Shown: piece by piece, positions 62,960-64,000 of the stretch
Position numbering within the stretch: position 1 is the first letter of the stretch
Layout: each line of letters opens with the position of its first letter
Source of the DNA: Octopus sinensis
Taxonomy: Eukaryota
Direction: 5' to 3'
NCBI RefSeq assembly: GCF_006345805.1
Contig: NC_043000.1
Coordinates: 127,782,001 to 127,846,000, forward strand
DNA: 64,000 bases
Position numbers and translations under genes: made by a program
The notes under the pieces: model-generated
Told to the model about the DNA's origin: nothing
Database searches by the model: none
What the model saw: only the letters and a program-made list of their open reading frames with translations

Positions 62960-63300
62960 CAAATGCTGTTATACACTGCTGGTCACAATGCACTTCCAAT
63001 TCTGTCTTGATTGCACCATTCTTTTCCTTCTTGACCCAAATTGCATGACTAAATCATCTTCCCATCATCATTGAGGCCTTCCAAATGGCTTTTTCCAATC
63101 TCTTAGATACCACACAGCAATGAAAGCTAAAATATAATTCAGTGTTTAATCCAACATCATCTTGAGGATGTTAAATTTAGGCATGATATAAAAATCCACT
63201 TGCCTGGTCATTTTTACAACCAACTTGTAGCTGCCAAAGATACTTATGCAGTACAATCCATCATTTGTAGTAACAATAATCTAGATAGACTTCAATGTCA
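62960..63300 (-). mobile_element. Decayed RTE-like LINE 3' remnant
   Basis: Minus-strand pieces GRPQ..WEDDL and QDRI..KCIVTSSV. Confidence 0.45.
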
Positions 63301-63456
63301 AGTGAAATTTGAATTGCTTCATTCTTTGACAAGTTGTTGACATAGAAGTAACTGTAAAGTGACAAAGTCCTAGGCTGTGGCAAATAGGTGCATATCACGA
63401 GAAATGAGATTGGGGCATTCACAAAGAACGGACACTTGAATGAAGTATATCTTTAA

Positions 63457-63675
63457 CCCTTTCATTACCAACCTGGCTGAAACCGGCTCTGGCTCTGTAG
63501 TACAAATGTCTTGTTTTCATAAGTTTTGAATTAAAACCTACCAAACCTTAGTCACAATTTATGTTCCTAACACTAGCTTAATGATAACTAAGTTATTTTA
63601 CTAAATTCTTTGTTATATTTAAAATTAATTGAAAGAAACACAAAGCATCTCAACAGAAATACGGTAATGAAAGGG
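63457..63675. mobile_element. piggyBac-type MITE
   Basis: TTAA-ccctttcattacc...ggtaatgaaaggg-TTAA. Confidence 0.92.
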
Positions 63676-64000
63676 TTAATGAATAAATAGTTTTGTTTAT
63701 TTGTTGAAATTATTAAATATATCTCAAAATGCATCAGATCACCACCACCAACATTTTCATGTCCACATTTTCCTTGCTGGCATGTTAACCAGACAAGACT
63801 TCATAAGGCAGTAAGTAATACTACATCCCAGCAGCAGGATTAGAATTCAGAACATAAAGAATCGGAAGAAATACCACTAAGCATTTTGTCCAAAGCTTTA
63901 ACAATTCTGCTAGTCCACAAAATAATGTCCTGTAATTAGTTAGTTTGTTGATGTTTAGTTGGAGATTTTTGTCTTCATTTAATCTGGTTAAAGATGGCAG

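Overview
AT-rich, repeat-saturated eukaryotic DNA. The SINE families and abundant (TA)n/(CA)n tracts suggest a coleoid cephalopod, probably Octopus (inference). The only confidently recognisable host gene is the 3' end of SCFD1/Sly1: four minus-strand coding exons, 55815-61775, with the gene continuing past the window. Almost everything else is mobile DNA: at least five SINE-like families; fragments of Penelope-like (PLE), Tx1/L1, RTE, CRE and Gypsy retroelements; and hAT, mariner, maT, piggyBac, Merlin-like and Helitron derivatives, often nested. The most striking signal is about ten minimal hammerhead-ribozyme (HHR) motifs, intact or decayed. They recur in a shared architecture: (TA)n - inverted arm - loop - arm - unique 70-90 nt tail - microsatellite. 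Four sequence-unrelated elements have this form, and two carry an HHR in each arm. One more HHR lies in the sense orientation inside an SCFD1 intron. Other points of interest are a SINE tail matching the 3' end of a Tx1-type LINE, a candidate alternative last exon giving SCFD1 a PPxY C-terminus, and a CpG-content step near 28.5 kb. All calls were made by eye, and repeat boundaries are approximate.
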